64,000 nt of DNA from Chrysomallon squamiferum (lineage: Eukaryota; Animalia; Mollusca): positions 15,624,001-15,688,000 of the forward strand of contig CM022677.1 of NCBI GenBank assembly GCA_012295275.1, in the 5' to 3' direction. Numbering within the stretch: position 1 is the stretch's first letter; the number at the start of each line of letters is the position of its first letter. Positions 57,701 to 64,000 of the stretch are shown in pieces. Made by a program: the position numbers and the translations under genes. The notes beneath the pieces are model-generated. The model made no database searches and was not told where the DNA came from. It saw nothing but the letters and a program-made list of their open reading frames with translations.

Positions 57701-60700
57701 CTCCAGTGTTTCTTGCAGCTGGCAGATGTCACTAATTTTTCAAAAGAGTCACTAATTTTTCAAAAGAGTACCATATTTAGAAAAAAATGAGGTTTAATTA
57801 AAACAATAACAGCATTTCTTAAACAAAATCTAAACAAATTATTTACATTCTGTTTCTAATATACATTATTCTAATGAAAAAGCTAGGAAAAGTATTTTAT
57901 AAAAATATTTCTAAGGATTTGTTAGTTTAACCAACTGTAAATTCCATTAACAAAGTTAAGTAATTTAGCTTAGACACAGAACTACTTAAATAATAAAATA
58001 AAATAAAATGATATAAAATAAAATAAAATAAAATAAAATAAAATAAAATAAATATTCACAACCTTGAGCGCTACAGTATTTTTCACCAAGTTGTTTACTG
58101 GCTCTGAAAAACACAGAACAGAAAAATATTTTTATTTAATATTTCATAAAACCATACTAAACTTGTATTTATATATGTGTCACTGATTATGATGTAACAA
58201 CAATAATGTATACAGTTCCTTATTTGCCTAGTGGCAGAGAGAACAAAACCTGACAATTCAAAACCAAAGCATATTTTTTTCTGTAATCATTTATCTTTTT
58301 CTCCAAAGTAAACCTGTTTTACCAAAATAAGTTTTTATTTGTGAGGCTTACTGCCGAAGAGTGAAAAATTATTATCAAAAAACAAATGCTAAAGACAATG
58401 ACATTAATGCTATAAGGCAAGTTATAAATATAAAGACTACTAACCTTGTTAAATTTTCAATACTGCAACAGTTTGCTTTCAGTTTGCAAATCTTTTATTT
58501 CTTTTCTTTTTTCGGCGAGTCCTTGAGAACTTTCCACAAGCTGACCTCTCAGTTGCTCAATCTGAAAATTAAAATCATTATTGCAAAGTTATTATTGAAG
58601 AAAACAAAGTATCAAATATATATCATAAACATGTTATTTACTGCTCCAGACTTTTTCTGCTGAATCAGTCCTACTTTAATGTACAAAGACACCAGATGCT
58701 CAAATCATTCATAAGATGAAATTTTTTAAACTGCATATGTTCTTAACTTGAACCCCACCTATAGATATCAATAAAAACTGCTACAGCTGATGTTAATCAC
58801 GCCCGCTACAGCATTCTGGCATATATTATGTAATAAGAATACAATTTGATTTCTTCTACTTAAATCCTAGTACGTTTTAATAAAGTATGGTAATTTCCAA
58901 GTAATAATAATTATTTTATTTATTCAGAAAGGAAATAATACTTCATTTATTTAGTTGTTATTGTTTGTTTTTTTGTTTTTTAACTTTATATTTTTTTAGA
59001 TACATTTTTAGATAAATAGAAAACTATATTTTAAAGAAAACATTCCATACCTCTTGAAGTAATTGCTGAGTTTGGAATCTCTCTGCTGACAACAATTCTT
59101 CCAGTAACAGAATTTAGTTCTCATTAGTCACATCTTTTTCATCAGCACTAATTTTTATTTCTTCTGAAAGGTCACAGATTCTTCTGAGATTTCCATTTTC
59201 AACTATATTAAAAATTAAGTGTAAAATTACCACATAATAATCTTAATAGGAATAAAATACTTTAAGTCTTAATATAAATAATATATAGTTATTGTTTTTA
59301 TAATGAAAATATATGTGTTCTTACCTTCCAACCTGTTCAGTACGGTAACTATCTGCTTGTAACTGTAAAATAAAATAGTATTAGATTAGCATTTCTGTCT
59401 TCTAGTACTGGAACTTTTAATAATAATTTAAACATCAACAATAATTTAAACACTATCAGTTTTGCCCACATCTCACTTCAAAAAATGTAAAGAAACAAAT
59501 GTTAAATTAACTGCTAAAGAAAAAAGATTACAGTAATTAAAAAAAGAAAAACAAAAAGCAACACATATAATACATTATTGCTTAGAATTAATCATGGTTC
59601 AAACTTATTTCAAGATACTGATTATGTTGTAAAACTATGTGAATGGAAATTCAAGACTCATCAGAACAAAAATCTATCAGAGAGAGAGATAAATGTGGAC
59701 AAAAACATAATTTTAATTATTTAGTATATTTCACCTGTATTTAGACTGCAAATTTAAGTTTTCTTCTGTTACATTTTCTCCATTTGCAGATGACAATGAT
59801 CCACACATTTGCATGTCACTGCAATACTGACATCTGTAAGAAGCATCACAAACTTCTTTCAGTATCTGGTTAATGAGGGACTTTATTCATAAAGCATTGT
59901 TGTATGTTTTGAACTTAGACAAGTCCTTTCAATAATATTTAAAAAACTAAAAAAAAACTAATAAAATTTAATCATGAAACACAATGACTTCGAACAATAA
60001 ATGAATAAATATAATAATAATAATTGTGTGTTACAAGCAAGATATTTTGAAATACTGATTCAAAAATAGCATTTACTAAAAACTAAAGTACAATAAAGTA
60101 ACAGACCAATGAAAACAGTAACATTCTCTTTGTCAGTTTCTGTATCAAGATACGTCCAAATCAGTTATGAAGATGTTTCTGCAGGAGCAACTATTATTCA
60201 GTGGCTTTATTGTACCAAACTTATCTTTTTCACACAAAGGTGATGCCAAACATTTCATAACAAATATAGATTACTTTAATATTAGCTGATTGCTGACTTG
60301 TTACAATTTTATAATTATTACCATGAGTTCATAATAAATGGAGGTATTATGGACAGAACCAACTCTCACTCATGGAATGTATGCTACTGGATCTTCCTCA
60401 TCAAAACCACACTATCAAAACACAGAAGAAGAGGATACACAATCCTTTCACAGGTTTATAAAATAATGCATAAATAATAATAATAATAATGTGTCTCTTG
60501 GTAATTAAATTAACAAAATATTTCAGAAGCTGAAAACTGAATTGTGAATAAATTAAGTTAGATATAATCTAAGTTAATATCTCTAAATATTTTTCAATGT
60601 CAGTTGAAAAAATAAACTCTATTCACCATTTACACAAATGAAATAAACATACTTCACTAACATTTTCTTTTCTGGAAGCTTCATAATAAATTCAGTCTGT

Positions 60701-61602
60701 GAGCTTTCCTTCTTGACTAAAAGCAACAAAACAAAGATTTCAGATGAAAAATATAAATGTCAGCATATACAGGTACTGAAAATATTACATTGGAAATATA
60801 AAAATAACAAATATGAAATAAATGATTATTAAGTTCAGTGGCAAAAACATTGATAACAGACAAACATTTTACATTATTCAAATAGTTGTAAATTATGTAA
60901 ATGAAATAAATTCAAAATATCTATTTATTGTTTACTGTTGAGATACTTTATTCTGTAATATAACAATAAGTGTGTATATGTGTGTCTTTTGAGGGGGGGG
61001 TTCTATTCATTAAGCAATTACCTTGTGACATTGTTAGAATCCATGTTTTGATGATCTTCTTGTAAAAGTTCTTTTCAACAAAAGGATCAACACCTTTTGG
61101 ATCCAGCATGTTCATCAGTCTGATAGATAAGTAGCAACAAAAATTATGTATTAGGAAATGAAATGTGTAAAAGAATTAAATAAAAATATTGATAACTAGG
61201 ACAGTATATATACATTGTAAAATGAAACTTTACAGCATCTTAAGAATTGGTCTGATAAAGCACAACATAATATTTATAGATTTACTTATAGCTGGTCATT
61301 AATTTCACTGCATCGCAGTTATTCGAGTGTTGCTTTTGTTCTGAATCTTAGACATATCTAAGAAATTTGATGACGTAACCACTTTTTTAACAACAGCATT
61401 CCCACCTCCTCCATCAACACCAGGATTTTCTGCTGATTTTGTCCACGTTATTAACTTACACAGTGTAAGCAAAATCAGTCCTGGCAAAATCTGCAAATAT
61501 AAAACAAATAAAACAGTAAAAGACGACAGAATCTATTCTCCTCAGGAGTAGCATCATCAGCAGCAGAAACATACTGCCACTGCTTCCACAGACATCCATT
61601 TT
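51762..61602 (-). pseudogene. Multi-exon coiled-coil gene, KASH5/LRMP(IRAG)-like, with internal stops
   Basis: GT-AG exons, several joins phase-compatible: 61575-61602, 61460-61490, about 61022-61119 (LMNMLDPKGVDPFVEKNFYKKIIKTWI), 60662-60716, 59736-59865, 59325-59362, 59051-59202 (ENGNLRRICDLSEE..*ILLLEELL), 58446-58562, 57206-57304, 56177-56284, 55712-55795, 55009-55350, 54606-54682, 51762-51949. LDP..V....F.....WI followed by coiled coil resembles the KASH5/LRMP EF-hand-like region; the family call is tentative. Confidence 0.6.
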
Positions 61603-61770
61603 CTGGCAGAAGGGAAGATGGTAGAAAGTGTAAATGTGAAAATAAACGAAGAATGTATTAATAATAATTAAGACACCAGCTATAACATGCAAATTACATA
61701 TATTTTAAAATACATTTTGATGGAGGAGGTGGGAATGCTGTTGTTAAAAAAGTAGTTACGTCATTAAACT
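61364..61770. repeat. Inverted repeat with 54-bp arms (61364-61417, 61717-61770) and a loop of about 300 bp
   Basis: atgacgtaaccacttttttaacaacagcattcccacctcctccatcaa versus ttgatggaggaggtgggaatgctgttgttaaaaaagtagttacgtcat. Confidence 0.92.
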
Positions 61771-62859
61771 TTTACAGAAGAGCAGTTTACATTACAAAAC
61801 ATTCATTAAAAATTGTCCTGTATTTTTTTATTTAAGTAGACATTATAAAATCAGAAAATATGATAAGAAATTTATCACCAGTAACTATTGCACACAGACA
61901 TCATACAAAGATTTAAGTTAGTTTTCACTGGGAAATTTATTTAATAAGCAATTTTATTTATTTATTTATTTAATATTTATTTATTTTAAGGATTGTATTT
62001 ATCTTATTTTATTTTATTTATTTTATTAATTTTATTATTTTATTTATTTAATTATTTAATATATGTTTACCATTTCACAAGCAAACCTGAAAAAAACAAA
62101 ACTAAATTTTTACCACCTGTTTATTTATTTATTACCTTAAACACTCAACACTGATAGTGTCAATCAATAAAAAAGAAACTAGAAGCAATCTTACTTTTAC
62201 AGTGATAATTAAGTTTATACAAAATAATTTCACCAACTGATTTGCTCATTTACCCTAAAGTAACCGAATATTTGCAGCAACAATTTATTTTAAACAAAAC
62301 AATTTCAGCAACTGAAATATTTACTCATTATATTATTATTTAAATCAGTTTAGAAATATATCGGTATTTACATTTTCTTCATCAATAGCAAAAATCATAT
62401 ATCCACTGAACCTTTTCTTTTTCAAAATGAATATTTAATGGCCCAAATTTGTTTTTTAGGCCACCATATAGTTTAGATGAGTTAAGAGCTCTGTGTGTGT
62501 GTTTTCCAATACTTGTCACAGTGTTTTTAAACCCCCTAGACATAATAACAAGAATAAATATTGGCACTGTGACACCAAGACATTCTGATAACACCAAATA
62601 ATCATGTTAAGACAATCCTGTGTTGTTATTTTTTGATAATTATAGAATTTTAAACACATTCACAAGAAAAATTTAAAATGTTGAAAATATTATAAAAATA
62701 AATGTAGATAAAATAAAGTTTGTCTTGAAAGTTGTATTCTGCATTATTTCTCTTTTACCTTAGGCAATGGTTTCAGTTTGTTTACATTAATTTCAGAGAA
62801 GTAACATGCTGCTGTTTGTTCAGTTCTGTGTCTCCTACCAAGTTTACAGATCAACAAAA

Positions 62860-64000
62860 TTCATTTTCTGTTGTGTTTTCATCTTAAAATGGGAACATAA
62901 TCTCATCTGCATTACAGTTAATTTCAAAGATTAGCAGAATTAGTAACAGACAGACCACCAATCACAGACTGTTCAGTTTCGTCCAACTAATGGAATTTGC
63001 CTCCAGTTTTTATAACCTGCAAGGATGAAATCTCACATACGTTTGTCATCCTGGCCAAGAACAAAACTAGGACGTTTCTACTCCTGTTTTGTAGTACACA
63101 TTATTACTGGTTTGTGAACAACAGCTGATAATCTAATCTGATGTCATACAGTCATTTGAATCCACTCATTGCATTTACCATCCAAACCAAAGTTTTAATA
63201 GTGAATTCAGCAAACTTTGTCAATCACAGCTGGAGGTTTTTTGTTGAATAACTGCAGCTAAACAGAATCATGTTGCCAAATCAATGTAAGAAATGTACAC
63301 CTGACTTCCATTCTTTTATATCCAGAGCCACATCATTAACTTCTGATGCAAATGGAAAACACACGATATGTCTGGATGAAGTTCTTTTGAATTTCTTGTA
63401 TACATCGCAAGTTTCAGTTACCTCCTATGACAATCATCATCACTGCCACCTGCATCCTTTAATAACACTGCAAGTCTTTGATTCAAAGGATGAGAAAACT
63501 GCTTATGAAGTTGTAAAATGATTTTCTTTTTTTCTTATCAGTAATAGTGTAGAAAAGTTGTTTTGGATCATCAAGATGAACACAGTGGGTCTACAGATCA
63601 ATCTGCTTTCCAAGAATTTAGCTCTGTCATGCTCTAAATCTGACACTAATTTGCAGTTTTCACTGCTGGTTTTCCCAGATATGTTGATACATTTTACACC
63701 CACTATTTCACAATGAACTGTTACTTATTTCTTTGATTTAAGGCATTTACCTGCACCAGATTAGAAATCGGTGTCACTAACGTTTCATTAACTTGTTTGA
63801 GTCACTGTGTAAAGTATCCAAGTAACATTTCATCCAGGTTGGGCTATATGCACTGTCAAGAACAGCTGAATTAACTATTATTTTTTTAAATAAACCTCGA
63901 AATGCTCCACAACCACGCTGGTTATAAAACACTTCATTTTCCTCCGCTACATAAATTAATGCCAACTCATGAATCGTCGTTATCATTTACTTGTTTCAAC
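62860..64000 (-). mobile_element. Degraded Ty1/copia LTR retrotransposon, GalEa-like (protease and integrase), running off the window
   Basis: Minus strand: NSAVLDSA..WMKCYLDTL (aspartic protease); LHKQFSHP..RLAVLLKDAG..TCDVYKKF (integrase zinc region); VALDIK..IDLAT*FCLAAVI; VYYK..VLGQDDK..HPCRL. Integrase directly after protease is the copia order. Confidence 0.75.

Overview
AT-rich, microsatellite-dense eukaryotic DNA, most likely from an aquatic invertebrate (spliceosomal GT-AG exons; mariner, hAT, LINE and GalEa-like copia remnants). The centre of the window (about 20.9-33.3 kb) is a cluster of six intronless collagen prolyl 4-hydroxylase alpha-subunit (P4HA) copies arranged head-to-head as an imperfect palindrome: two intact 509-aa genes, one open 432-aa copy lacking the catalytic C-terminus, one disrupted pseudogene and two 5' stubs. 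The copies are near-identical over long stretches but diverge at predicted substrate-contacting segments, and five share a candidate splice acceptor 168-192 nt upstream of the ATG. Around the cluster lie decayed genes: the 3' half of a neprilysin/ECE (M13) gene, a 5'-inverted HDGF/LEDGF-like retrocopy and a multi-exon KASH5/LRMP-like coiled-coil gene. There is also a 2.6-kb satellite built from a hairpin-forming unit with variable CA spacers. All calls come from manual reading and remembered family motifs, with no database searches; repeat and element boundaries are approximate.
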